From: Candidatus Daviesbacteria bacterium
GTDB lineage: Bacteria > Patescibacteriota > Microgenomatia > Daviesbacterales > UBA10151
Assembly (NCBI GenBank): GCA_028715175.1
Contig: JAQUSJ010000001.1
Location: 71,760 to 135,759, forward strand
Length of the DNA: 64,000 nt
Direction: 5' to 3'
Numbering within the stretch: the stretch's first letter is position 1; each line of letters starts with the position of its first letter. Positions 19,419-28,940 of the stretch are shown one piece after another. Under the pieces are notes generated by a model. It was not told the DNA's origin. It ran no database searches and was given only the letters and a program-made list of their open reading frames with translations. Made by a program: the position numbers and the translations under genes.

Positions 19419-20378
19419 AAGCGGTAGATTAATTAGCTGGACTTCGGGTTCTAAGGTGATGCCGAATTTTTCTTTGACTTTTTGGGCATATTGTTTTGCC
19501 AATTCACAGAAAGCTTTGGCAGTGCCGCCGCCTGTATTTATAAACAAATTAGCATGGTTCGGTGAAATTTCTATTCCGTCTAATAATTTCCCTTTAGCTC
19601 TGACTGCTTCAAGTAGTACTCCGGCTGGCAGTTTCCCGTAAACTATTTTTTCTGGCTGGATCCTATCCAAAATATCTTTTGGTAAAGTTTCTGCCACAAT
19701 ATTTTTGAAAAAAGACCCAGGGCATTTTATGCCGGGAGGGTATTTAACCAGCCTTTTTGCAAGGATCTCTTTAACTTCCTGTTGCAAGGCTTCCGGATCG
19801 CCACTTTCCAGCTTGAAAGTAACTTCCAGAATAATGTCATGGTTTTGTTTGAAGATACTATCCCGATAATTAAACTGACATTCTTCTTTTGAAAGAGTAG
19901 TTATATTCTTCGCTTCACTCAGAATGACAACAGAGATAATATGATCGGAAATTGTTTGGCCATAAGCTCCGGCATTTCCATAAACTGCTCCGCCAACAGT
20001 ACCCGGAATCCCGGTGAGTTTTTGCAGTCCAGAAAACTCATTTTCGATGGTGTAATCAACAAAATCCTGCAAAAGAGTGCCACTTTTAACACTCAACATC
20101 ACACCTCCGAGGTGTAACAGCATTTCTTCACCTCGGAGGTGAGTTTCTTCTATGCCGGAAACCTCATTTTTAATAACCAAACAATCTATTCCTTCATCAG
20201 AAACTAATAAGTTGCTGCCGCCGCCAATTATCAGATAAGACATTAATTGATCTTTGGCATATTTTATGGCTTCTATTAATTCTTCCTCTGTTTTAACCTT
20301 GACAAATTTTTTGGCAGGGCCACCAATTTGTAAGGTGGTTATTTGACTCATTGGATAGTTATCCTTAAATTTAAGCAT
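19410..20378 (-). CDS. murB: UDP-N-acetylenolpyruvoylglucosamine reductase
   Basis: IGGPA, GGGSNLL, GIPGTVGGA..NAGAYG, GSFFKN, HANL, LEPEV. Confidence 0.96.
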   Translation of the reverse strand: MLKFKDNYPMSQITTLQIGGPAKKFVKVKTEEELIEAIKYAKDQLMSYLIIGGGSNLLVSDEGIDCLVIKNEVSGIEETHLRGEEMLLHLGGVMLSVKSGTLLQDFVDYTIENEFSGLQKLTGIPGTVGGAVYGNAGAYGQTISDHIISVVILSEAKNITTLSKEECQFNYRDSIFKQNHDIILEVTFKLESGDPEALQQEVKEILAKRLVKYPPGIKCPGSFFKNIVAETLPKDILDRIQPEKIVYGKLPAGVLLEAVRAKGKLLDGIEISPNHANLFINTGGGTAKAFCELAKQYAQKVKEKFGITLEPEVQLINLPLLN

Positions 20379-20414
20379 AGGGCAATATTATACATTTTGT
20401 GATAAATTAGCACC

Positions 20415-21374
20415 ATGGAAAAGGCTATTCTAAAAACCCTCGCTTATGCGGATATTTTTGATTATCCGCTAAACACATATGAGCTTCATAAATGGTTAAT
20501 TGGCAAAAAATTGACATTAAGACAGGTAGAAAAAGCGCTGAAGAAATTGTATCAAGTATCTGGTATCAAGTATAAAGGAGAGTACTATTTTTTACCCCGA
20601 AGAAATAAATTAACGGCGAAAAGACGGCGAAGAGAAAAACAGTCTGCTATTTATTTCAGAAAGGCAAAAATTCTTTCTCAGGCTTTAAAGCTTATTCCTT
20701 GGATCAAGCTGGTAGGTGTATCCGGGGCTTTGGCTGTGGGAAACGCCGGAAAGAGCGACGATATAGATTTGTTAATTATTACAAGTAAAAATCGGTTATG
20801 GATTAGTAGGTTACTAGCATTAGGACTGCTGTCTTTGATAGGACGACGGAGAAAAGTTGGGGAAAAAGGCAGAAAAATTGCCGGAAAACTTTGTATTAAC
20901 ATTTTACTCGAAGAGGATAGATTGGAGCAACAAAGTAAAGATATCTTTGTCGCACATGAAGTATTACAAATGAAGGTTTTATGGCAAAGGGATGGAGTAT
21001 ATTCTAAATATCTAGAGGATAATGAATGGGCTTTTAAATTTTTACCAAACTGGATTGGTGTTATGGTAGCTCGTCGCGGCGCAAAAAAACGTTCGCACGG
21101 TAGAGACTTGCTCACTTGTGAGAATTTTGTGGAAGACCGTTATCTTCAGTCATTAAGAAAATCAGCCCAAAATCTTCAACATTTTTTGACTGCTCGTGAC
21201 TTCGCTACCCTTATTGTTAATTATTTGGAAGATTTTGCGAAAAGATGGCAGCTTAAGATTATGAAACAGCCGCAGGGTATGGAGCGGATAGAAGATGGGG
21301 CGCTATATTTTCATCCCAACGATTGCAGGTTAAAAATTTTATCTAAATATAAATTAAAAGTAAGAGATCTTTAG
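20415..21374 (+). CDS. Nucleotidyltransferase-like conserved hypothetical protein with palindromic insertion
   Basis: VSGALA...SDDIDL motif; TLAYADIFDYPL; LYFHP. Confidence 0.65.
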   Translation: MEKAILKTLAYADIFDYPLNTYELHKWLIGKKLTLRQVEKALKKLYQVSGIKYKGEYYFLPRRNKLTAKRRRREKQSAIYFRKAKILSQALKLIPWIKLVGVSGALAVGNAGKSDDIDLLIITSKNRLWISRLLALGLLSLIGRRRKVGEKGRKIAGKLCINILLEEDRLEQQSKDIFVAHEVLQMKVLWQRDGVYSKYLEDNEWAFKFLPNWIGVMVARRGAKKRSHGRDLLTCENFVEDRYLQSLRKSAQNLQHFLTARDFATLIVNYLEDFAKRWQLKIMKQPQGMERIEDGALYFHPNDCRLKILSKYKLKVRDL

Positions 21375-21397
21375 CAACTCTTGACAAGTAGTGCTAG
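21371..21397 (+). promoter_or_regulatory. CIRCE-like HrcA operator overlapping -35 of groES promoter
   Basis: TTAGCAACT-N9-TAGTGCTAG with TTGACA inside; TATAAA at 21405. Confidence 0.7.
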
Positions 21398-21478
21398 TTT
21401 TTGGTATAAACTTCTTTCAGAAGACTATAATCTAATCGATTAGAACTCTTTTCTAGTCTGCCCTCATTAAGATTTCAT

Positions 21479-21799
21479 ATGCCAAAATTAAAAAAGAGCA
21501 TGAGCGACAAAGTACGTATAAAACCATTAATGGGTTATTGTTTAGTTGAACCCAGTGAAGCAGAAATTAAAACCGCTTCCGGTATAATTCTTCCGGAGAG
21601 TGCCCAGGAAAAACCGGCCCAAGGGGTAGTTCTGTCTTGCGGGGATGAAATGATACTGGAAAACGGAAAAACCCTGAAGTGCCCGGTAAAAGTGGGGAAT
21701 AAAGTAGTTTATAAAAAATGGGGCGGAGATGAAATTAAAGTTGATGGTAAAGAGTTAAAACTAGTAAAATTCGACGACCTGATGGCAATTTTGGAATAA
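21479..21799 (+). CDS. groES: Co-chaperonin GroES
   Basis: IKPL, TASGIILPESAQEKP, VKVG.KV. Confidence 0.96.
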   Translation: MPKLKKSMSDKVRIKPLMGYCLVEPSEAEIKTASGIILPESAQEKPAQGVVLSCGDEMILENGKTLKCPVKVGNKVVYKKWGGDEIKVDGKELKLVKFDDLMAILE

Positions 21800-21802
21800 A
21801 CT

Positions 21803-22306
21803 ATGGCAAATATAGCAGTAGAAACTAGAATAGAATTTGGAATTGATCCAACATCGGTTGCGCCTGGTTGTGTAACAACAGCCCCAGTTGAAGTCTGGAG
21901 GTATCATACGCCCTTGGCACGTTCAACAGATGGTGGGGTTTATTATTTACACAGATTAGCCGAAAACCTCCACGGTAGATATATTGGAGGATTCGAGGCA
22001 TATGAGCGACTGGTAAAAAGAGGTATAAAAAGAGATAGCAAGGATGGACTTGACGAGTATGTTCGAGAAGTGGGCAGGGCTTTTGTGAAATGGCAAGGGA
22101 TTTCAGACGACAGTATAGGATTGACAGATAGTTCAAAAGCTGCTTGCGTTCTGGGATTGGCAGCCGAAGTAGTTGATCCAGATGGAACTCCAACAATCAG
22201 GTATCTTAATCGATCAATTGGTGTTTGGAGCAGATTAAAACCGGAAGATACTGCGTTAGAATATAACAAGATAACACATAATTGGGAACCAGTAGCGATT
22301 GAGTAA
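21803..22306 (+). CDS. Hypothetical orphan protein between groES and groEL
   Basis: 167-aa ORF, 3 nt after groES and 11 nt before groEL. Confidence 0.65.
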   Translation: MANIAVETRIEFGIDPTSVAPGCVTTAPVEVWRYHTPLARSTDGGVYYLHRLAENLHGRYIGGFEAYERLVKRGIKRDSKDGLDEYVREVGRAFVKWQGISDDSIGLTDSSKAACVLGLAAEVVDPDGTPTIRYLNRSIGVWSRLKPEDTALEYNKITHNWEPVAIE

Positions 22307-22317
22307 AAGGTAAATTT

Positions 22318-23958
22318 ATGGCTAAGATTTTAAAATTTAATTCAGAAGCAAGAGAAAAATTATTAAAGGGTATTAATACCTTAACTGAAGCTGTGGCTAC
22401 TACTTTAGGGCCTAAAGGTAGAAATGTGGCTTTGGATAAAAAATGGGGTGCTCCTAATGTGGTTCACGACGGAGTGACTGTGGCCAAAGAGATCGAGCTG
22501 GAGGATCCGTTTGAAAATATGGGAGCCCAGCTTATTAAAGAAGCAGCCAGCAAAACTTCCGATGTGGCTGGTGATGGTACTACCACTGCTACGATTTTGG
22601 CAAAAGCTATAGTCACTGAGGGTTTAAAAAATATCCAAGCAGGTTCAAATCCCATGATTTTAAAGCGCGGAGTTGAAAAAGCAGTTGTCACCTTAGTTGA
22701 GGAGCTTAAAAAAATGAGCAAGAAAATTTCCACCCAAGAAGAAGTTGCTCAAGTGGCTACGATTTCTGCCTCAGATACTCAAATAGGCAATCTTATAGCA
22801 GAAGCTCTGCAAAAAGTCGGCAAAGACGGGGTGGTGACGGTTGAGGAAGGTAAAACCATGGAAATGAATGTGGATTATAAAGAAGGAATGGAATTTGATA
22901 AAGGTTTTGTTTCCCCTTATTTTGTGACAGATACGGACAAAATGGAGTCATCCATCGAAGATGCCTATATTTTGATCACCGATAAAAAGATTTCTTCCGC
23001 ACAAGATTTGGTACCATTCCTGGAAAAATTTGTGGCTGTTTCCAAGAATCTGGTAATTATTGCTGATGAGGTAGAAGGTGAAGCTTTGGCCCTTTTGGTA
23101 GTTAATAAACTGCGCGGTACTTTCAATGTTTTGGCGGTGAAAGCCCCTGGTTTTGGCGACCGAAGAAAAGAAATGCTGGAAGATATAGCTATTTTAACAG
23201 GTGGAATGGTAATTTCTGAAGATACCGGCAAAAAGTTTGAATCAGTGGAGATTGATGAGCTAGGTCGGGCAGGCAGAGTGACCTCTGATAAAGACAATAC
23301 ATTGATTGTTGATGGTAAAGGGGCCAAGACCAAAATCGAAGCCAGAATCGCTGCTATCAGAAGAGAGCTTGCTGCCTCTGATTCGGAATTTGATAAAGAA
23401 AAACTGCAAGAAAGACTGGCTAAGCTAACAGGTGGGGTGGCAGTGATTAATGTGGGGGCTGCCACAGAAATTGAACTGAAAGAGAAAAAAGAAAGAGTGA
23501 TTGATGCAGTGGCAGCCACAAAGGCGGCAATTGAGGAAGGGATTGTGGCCGGAGGAGAGGTGGCGCTGCTTCGGGCTGGTAAAGCTTTGGACGAGATAAA
23601 TGTTGACGACTCTTCGGCAAGCTCAGGGCAAGAGGAAAAAGTCGGAGTGGCAATTGTCCGCAAAGCCCTGGAACAGCCATTCAGGATGTTAGTTAAAAAT
23701 GCCGGTATGGATGATGGAATAGCATTATCTAAAGTAGTTAGTGAAACCGGTAATATGGGTGTTGATGTTTTAGACGGGGAAATTAAAGATTTAGTGAAGG
23801 CTGGAATTATAGATCCTGTGAAAGTAACCCGCTCTGCCTTGCAGAATGCTGCATCTGTGGCAGTGATGGTCATGACCACTAATTGCCTTATCAGCGATAA
23901 ACCGGAGCCTCCAGTTCCAACTCCTCCAATGCCCCCCGGCGGGATGGGAGAATACTAA
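22318..23958 (+). CDS. groEL: Chaperonin GroEL
   Basis: [33 protein letters not shown]. Confidence 0.99.
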   Translation: MAKILKFNSEAREKLLKGINTLTEAVATTLGPKGRNVALDKKWGAPNVVHDGVTVAKEIELEDPFENMGAQLIKEAASKTSDVAGDGTTTATILAKAIVTEGLKNIQAGSNPMILKRGVEKAVVTLVEELKKMSKKISTQEEVAQVATISASDTQIGNLIAEALQKVGKDGVVTVEEGKTMEMNVDYKEGMEFDKGFVSPYFVTDTDKMESSIEDAYILITDKKISSAQDLVPFLEKFVAVSKNLVIIADEVEGEALALLVVNKLRGTFNVLAVKAPGFGDRRKEMLEDIAILTGGMVISEDTGKKFESVEIDELGRAGRVTSDKDNTLIVDGKGAKTKIEARIAAIRRELAASDSEFDKEKLQERLAKLTGGVAVINVGAATEIELKEKKERVIDAVAATKAAIEEGIVAGGEVALLRAGKALDEINVDDSSASSGQEEKVGVAIVRKALEQPFRMLVKNAGMDDGIALSKVVSETGNMGVDVLDGEIKDLVKAGIIDPVKVTRSALQNAASVAVMVMTTNCLISDKPEPPVPTPPMPPGGMGEY

Positions 23959-24001
23959 AAACTCTTCCAGTTAGACGAACATATCAAGCAGATGTATTTC
24001 T

Positions 24002-24997
24002 TTACTGCATGGTTGGGGGTCGATGCATGTTATCTATACCTGAAGCAAAGTTCTGAAAGTTTTGGCTAGAGGATCTATCAAATAACCTATCATTTCTTAT
24101 TGCCCTTGCTTCCTCTGGATCTTTACCGTCGTAAATGCTAAATGGTAAATATTCTACTTCTGGATAAGGAAATTGGCCTTCTGCGATGACCCGTAGCTGT
24201 TCTGGACTAACTGAGTTAACAGAAATATATCTACCTCCCCAAACTAAATCTTTCCATTTTGCAACATTTCCATCTAAATAATAGCCCTTTTCGTACCTGA
24301 AAACTCTGTCGCCTAATCCTTGAGGAAAAAGTCTTATTCGGACAATTCCGGGAATGGTGTGTTCTTGCTGCGACAAATCTGTAGCTAATAATGAAGCTTG
24401 TCTTTGTAATTCTGGTGTAGCGAACTCTGCTTGGACAGGATAAGGTTCTTCAAAAGTTATTGATCCGAACTGTACTTTTGTCTCTCTGAAACTGACAGTG
24501 GGGGTAAACGGAGTTACAGCCCAAGAGACATCTGCAAAGATTTCTGGGCGGAACATTGTTTTAAGAATTAGATTATACGCATCTGCAAATTGTTCTAGAG
24601 CTTTGAACAAACCTGGTCTTAGATAAGCTCTTTCCCAAGCTGCAGCATTAAGTAAATCTACTACCTCATGGTCTTCAGGGGGTTCAACTATAAGAGCAGC
24701 TGCTGGCTCAACGAAAAAATCACGTATACTTACAAATCTTTGGAATTCTATTCCGGGTTGAAGAAGGGTAAATTGACCAACTACTATGATACTGGGATTC
24801 TTTTTTAGTTCAGTCTCTATTCTGTCACCTAGAAATCTTCGTGGTAAACTTTCAAAGCTAAAACTTGTTGGATTTTGTGGGTTATCTTCTTTTCCTGTCA
24901 TAAATGATTTAGATAGCAGGGATATTATAGTGTTTTCAAGATAAAAGCAACTAATTTTGCTGTCAAAGGGTAGTTTTGATTGAATTTGATGGGCCAA
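24002..24997 (-). CDS. Hypothetical orphan protein (true start probably at MTGKE, ~24901)
   Basis: Long ORF with no recognisable motif. Confidence 0.55.
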   Translation of the reverse strand: MAHQIQSKLPFDSKISCFYLENTIISLLSKSFMTGKEDNPQNPTSFSFESLPRRFLGDRIETELKKNPSIIVVGQFTLLQPGIEFQRFVSIRDFFVEPAAALIVEPPEDHEVVDLLNAAAWERAYLRPGLFKALEQFADAYNLILKTMFRPEIFADVSWAVTPFTPTVSFRETKVQFGSITFEEPYPVQAEFATPELQRQASLLATDLSQQEHTIPGIVRIRLFPQGLGDRVFRYEKGYYLDGNVAKWKDLVWGGRYISVNSVSPEQLRVIAEGQFPYPEVEYLPFSIYDGKDPEEARAIRNDRLFDRSSSQNFQNFASGIDNMHRPPTMQ

Positions 24998-25028
24998 TAG
25001 AAAGGCAAGTTGTGCTAAACTTTACTTA

Positions 25029-25622
25029 ATGGTTAAGTTTCATTACCGCGAGTCTCCTACCGAAAAGCAAAAAAAGGCTTTCAGAAAATATTTATCTGAA
25101 GATGAAGAATTGGTTTTGGTAACCAGTCTATCTAAAGCTTATATAAGATCTAAGTTTATACTTAACTTACTTTTCCCGGGAATGCTATTTTTGGGGCTTG
25201 GTTTAGGGGTAGGATGGTTTTTTAATATTGGCAGAATTTGGGCCCTTGTTTTGGGATTAGGATTTATGTTTTTATCAGCCATACTTAAAACGATGCATGT
25301 TTATCATGCCAACAGATATTTGTTAACCACCAGAAGAGTCATTATTAAAAAAGGGTTATTCTCTGTTAAGCTGACTGCCGCACTTTTTGATAAAATTACC
25401 AATCTAGTGGTAGACCAATCGATTATTGACAGGTTGCTTTTACATCACGGTACCATTGTTGTAAATACAGCCGGAGTCAGCAAAGGAGAAATAATATTGA
25501 AATATGTGGATTCGCCTATGGAACTCAAAAATTTACTTGAAAGGTTAATTAACCGTGAAAGGGAACAATTTGGACTAAGGGGAGCTAGCTTAACAGAAGT
25601 GGAAGGAGAGATTATTACGTAG
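25029..25622 (+). CDS. Bacterial PH-domain (bPH_2) membrane protein; island integration target
   Basis: 2 TM then YLLTTRRVIIKKG...Q.IIDRLL.HGTI.V.TAG. Confidence 0.8.
   Translation: MVKFHYRESPTEKQKKAFRKYLSEDEELVLVTSLSKAYIRSKFILNLLFPGMLFLGLGLGVGWFFNIGRIWALVLGLGFMFLSAILKTMHVYHANRYLLTTRRVIIKKGLFSVKLTAALFDKITNLVVDQSIIDRLLLHHGTIVVNTAGVSKGEIILKYVDSPMELKNLLERLINREREQFGLRGASLTEVEGEIIT
25539..25616 (+). repeat. Left direct repeat (attL-like), 78 bp
   Basis: Matches 30223-30300 with 3 synonymous mismatches; last 54 bp identical. Confidence 0.95.
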
Positions 25623-26472
25623 TATTAGTTTTATTTTTCTGTGCTGTAAGTATGTAATATCCCGCTTTTCCTTTTCTAAGTAACCTTTGTAAGCCAGCAA
25701 GCAGTGTTTCTATGTCTTGATGCGAACTTTCTGCATCTAAACTTTGTCCATTGGGTGAGGAATCATGATAATCTACTGGAGAGACAACATTTTCAGTTAT
25801 ATTTCTAGGATTTATACATGAAAAGCCATTTGCTAATAGAAGAGCAACTAATTCTTGTATATGAGTAATATTAGGAATATGCATGTGTGTTTTGAGCTCT
25901 GCTATGATGTCGACTTCTTCTTTTGTTAATGTATGTGGATGCATAAATATATCTGCTATTGTTATTATGCCTTTAGATTTCAAGATTCTACTTGATTCTT
26001 GTATTAAGCCTGTTTTGTCTTGAGAGTGAATAAAACTCTCACAAAAAATTATTCTATCGAAAGTTCCACTTCGAAAAGCAAGATGTTCATAGTCTTGGAT
26101 AGAGAATATAGGGCAAAACGAGTCATCTCGATCTTCATATTGACTTGCGAGATGGATATGATTTCTTGATATGTCTATCCCGTATACCCCTGCTTTTGGC
26201 TCAATGTGTTTAATTTCGAATGCTAAGGTCCCTACGCCACATCCTGCATCTAAGATGACTTGTCCAGATTTTATTTCGCTTAGTTCAATAATTCTCCGAG
26301 ACATTTGTAAAGCTGAAATGGAGTTATCTAAAGGTTCACCCCAGTCTTGTTGGTAGCCGATATGCATAGCATAAAGTCCTATTCTCTTTGGATCAGGTGA
26401 CCACTTTAAAAAAATAGGGGCTGTTTGTCTATAGAAAGTTTCTATCTCTTGACGCCTTTCATTATTAGCCAT
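25615..26472 (-). CDS. Class I SAM-dependent methyltransferase (sterol/tocopherol/natural-product type)
   Basis: MHIGY, ILDAGCGVG, GIDIS, FDRI...ESFIH, RILK..G.I.IAD. Confidence 0.88.
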   Translation of the reverse strand: MANNERRQEIETFYRQTAPIFLKWSPDPKRIGLYAMHIGYQQDWGEPLDNSISALQMSRRIIELSEIKSGQVILDAGCGVGTLAFEIKHIEPKAGVYGIDISRNHIHLASQYEDRDDSFCPIFSIQDYEHLAFRSGTFDRIIFCESFIHSQDKTGLIQESSRILKSKGIITIADIFMHPHTLTKEEVDIIAELKTHMHIPNITHIQELVALLLANGFSCINPRNITENVVSPVDYHDSSPNGQSLDAESSHQDIETLLAGLQRLLRKGKAGYYILTAQKNKTNTT

Positions 26473-26586
26473 AACTCAGACAGTATTTTATCACAGATAA
26501 TATTTACTATGGGCGATATTAATATCTTGTTTTGATAATCAGATTATGGTATAGACTTAGTAATGAATAGATTAATTCTTTTACGA

Positions 26587-26596
26587 AAGGAGGTGA
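26587..26596 (+). promoter_or_regulatory. Strong Shine-Dalgarno of precursor peptide gene
   Basis: AAGGAGGTGA 6 nt before ATG at 26603. Confidence 0.85.
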
Positions 26597-26602
26597 AATA
26601 AT

Positions 26603-26788
26603 ATGAGTCATCATCCAGAACAATCAGAACAGTTGAGACGCAGTATGGCAGATGCAAAAGAATTTCGGGCTACTCAAGGCGTCAAAGGGACAAGAGCTTT
26701 TTTGTGTATGCCTCAACCTTGCGCACCGCCGCCACATCCACCGCCTTGTAAACCACCATGCTCTCCTTGCGTGGGACAGATTAAGTAG
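26603..26788 (+). CDS. Putative RiPP precursor peptide (charged leader, Pro/Cys-rich core)
   Basis: 61 aa; C-terminal CMPQPCAPPPHPPPCKPPCSPCVGQIK; perfect SD; directly upstream of YcaO. Confidence 0.8.
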   Translation: MSHHPEQSEQLRRSMADAKEFRATQGVKGTRAFLCMPQPCAPPPHPPPCKPPCSPCVGQIK

Positions 26789-26856
26789 TAAAAGGTTTTT
26801 GCAAGAAGGGGCTGAAACATATTTTGTATAATTAATTATCCTGCCGAGTGTAGAAT

Positions 26857-28161
26857 ATGAATATAAATGGTTTCTTTCAGAGGATAAGTAGGTTTGTATT
26901 GAATAATCCTAAAATTGTAAAGAGTTTCTACAAGACGCCGAATTATAATGATGAGCCTCAGCTGTATCAGTATTCTTCGCAATTTATAGATGGTAATTCG
27001 TTAAGAGTGTCAATGGATTCGATAGCTTCGGGAACATCATTTGACAAGAATAGCGCATTATTGAAACTATTGGGAGAAACAGTAGAAAGATATTCTCTTA
27101 GTATATACGATAATAGTAAATTAATTTATAGAAGTTTCCGTGAGCTAGTTTGTAAAAATAAAAATGCTTTAAATCCAACTGGACTAGCATTACTACCTCA
27201 ATTCTTCAAAGAGAACAAGAAAGAAGCCCTCTATGATATCAAATTTTACTGGGTTATAGGTAAGTCTTTAGTTACTAATAAGAATATATTGGTTCCTGCT
27301 CAACTTATTTTTGTTCCATATTCCCATTCTAAATCTGAGCCTATTCTTCAAACGCCGATATCAACAGGAGCTGCAGCAGGAGAGGCGATTTACGATGCGC
27401 TCTATAGAGGTATTTGTGAAGTTATAGAACGGGATTCTTTTATGATCCATTATTACAATAAAATAAGCTCTCCTAGAATTAATCCTTACTCTTTAAGAAG
27501 TAAGAAAATCTCAAAAATAATCAGAATATTTGAAAGGTATAATTTAGAATTATGTGTTAACGATATAACAACTGATATTGGTGTTCCTGCTGTTATAGCT
27601 ACTGTTATCGATAAAACTGGTCTGGGACCTGCTATTTGTGTTGGACTTAAGGCGGGATTTGATATGAACCAAAATGTGATTGGTGCTACTGAGGAGACTC
27701 TTATGGTTCGTTCATGGATTCGGGATGAATATATGTATTTGAAGCCTAAACATAGTTCTCCTAGGATAATTAGTACTATAGAAGAAAGAGCAAATTTCTG
27801 GTGTCCTACAAGTACAATTCATTATTTGGATTTCTGGTTAAGCACGAGAAATAACGGAGGTTCTTATAAATTATGCAAATTTAGGCGAAGTTCTTACAAA
27901 GAAAAGGTTATGGAATTGATAAGAATATTGAAATCGAAAGGGCTTGACATTATTTATATTGATATAACTGCTCCCGAAATACGTAAGTATAATGTAAAGG
28001 TGGTTAAAGTGATAATACCTCAGTTGCAGCCGGTACATTTAGATGAAAGATATCCATATCTTACTTTTCAAAGATTGTATAATGCGCCCGTAAATATGGG
28101 AATTTTAGGAAGACCTAAGACATTTGAAGAACTTAATAGTATTCCTCATCCATTTTTATGA
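26857..28161 (+). CDS. Standalone YcaO cyclodehydratase
   Basis: LGETVERY, STGAAAG...RGICEVIERDS ATP-binding motifs; C-terminal PHPFL. Confidence 0.93.
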   Translation: MNINGFFQRISRFVLNNPKIVKSFYKTPNYNDEPQLYQYSSQFIDGNSLRVSMDSIASGTSFDKNSALLKLLGETVERYSLSIYDNSKLIYRSFRELVCKNKNALNPTGLALLPQFFKENKKEALYDIKFYWVIGKSLVTNKNILVPAQLIFVPYSHSKSEPILQTPISTGAAAGEAIYDALYRGICEVIERDSFMIHYYNKISSPRINPYSLRSKKISKIIRIFERYNLELCVNDITTDIGVPAVIATVIDKTGLGPAICVGLKAGFDMNQNVIGATEETLMVRSWIRDEYMYLKPKHSSPRIISTIEERANFWCPTSTIHYLDFWLSTRNNGGSYKLCKFRRSSYKEKVMELIRILKSKGLDIIYIDITAPEIRKYNVKVVKVIIPQLQPVHLDERYPYLTFQRLYNAPVNMGILGRPKTFEELNSIPHPFL

Positions 28162-28940
28162 AAAAAGATTATAGAAAGAGATTATTGAGCATAATTGACG
28201 GAAAGGAGTATTTGTCGGATAAATTTAATCGAGCCACAAATAATAAAAACATTAGCGCTTGGGGTCGCAAAAAGAGCCCTGAGGCATGGATCAAGATTCA
28301 TTTTAAAACCTACCCACGCCTAAATAGAATAAAATTAGTAAAAGTTTTCCAAAATAGGAAGATATCTTTAGTAGATGTGCTAAAAAATAGGCGTTCGAGT
28401 AGGACTTTTTCAGGTAAACCTATTTCCATAAAAGATTTATCTTACTTATTATTATATTCAAGTGGTATTATCGATCATGGGTTTGCACCGGATAAGAGTA
28501 GAAGGGTATATCCCTCAGCTGGAGCACGCTATCCGTTAGAAGTATATCCACTCATTCTTAGCGATGGTGATGGAGTGAAAGCTGGTTTGTATCATTATAA
28601 TGTGAAAGAGCATATTTTAGAAGTTATCCTAAAGGAAGATTTAAAACACTGGTTGCTTGAGTCTACTGGTAATTTCAAACCAATAATTAAAGCAAGTGTG
28701 GTGTTTATTGTTACAGGAGTTCTTGATCGAACTAGAGTAAAATATGGAGATAGAGGGTATAGATACGTACTAATGGAAGCAGGGCATATGGCCCAAAATT
28801 TATTACTTCTTGCAACCGGTTTAGGAATGGCTAATTTGGCGATTGGAGGGTATACAGATTCTAAGGTTACAGAGTTGTTGAATTTGGAATTAGTGAAAGA
28901 GGTATCATTGTATATGATTGCTGTAGGTGGATATGTCTAA
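28158..28940 (+). CDS. SagB/ThcOx-type FMN-dependent azoline dehydrogenase
   Basis: RRSSRTF, YPSAGARYPLEVY, KYGDRGYRY..MEAGHMAQN; ATGA overlap with YcaO. Confidence 0.93.
   Translation: MKKDYRKRLLSIIDGKEYLSDKFNRATNNKNISAWGRKKSPEAWIKIHFKTYPRLNRIKLVKVFQNRKISLVDVLKNRRSSRTFSGKPISIKDLSYLLLYSSGIIDHGFAPDKSRRVYPSAGARYPLEVYPLILSDGDGVKAGLYHYNVKEHILEVILKEDLKHWLLESTGNFKPIIKASVVFIVTGVLDRTRVKYGDRGYRYVLMEAGHMAQNLLLLATGLGMANLAIGGYTDSKVTELLNLELVKEVSLYMIAVGGYV

Noticed and set aside
22965-23879. 304-aa minus-strand ORF
   Set aside because: Antisense shadow of groEL; the same applies to other nested ORFs such as 39668-40315 and 5654-6034.
26857-28161. YcaO as thioamide-forming or ribosomal S12 accessory enzyme
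   Set aside because: No TfuA gene; the Pro-rich C-terminus, coupled SagB and Cys-rich peptide point to azole formation.
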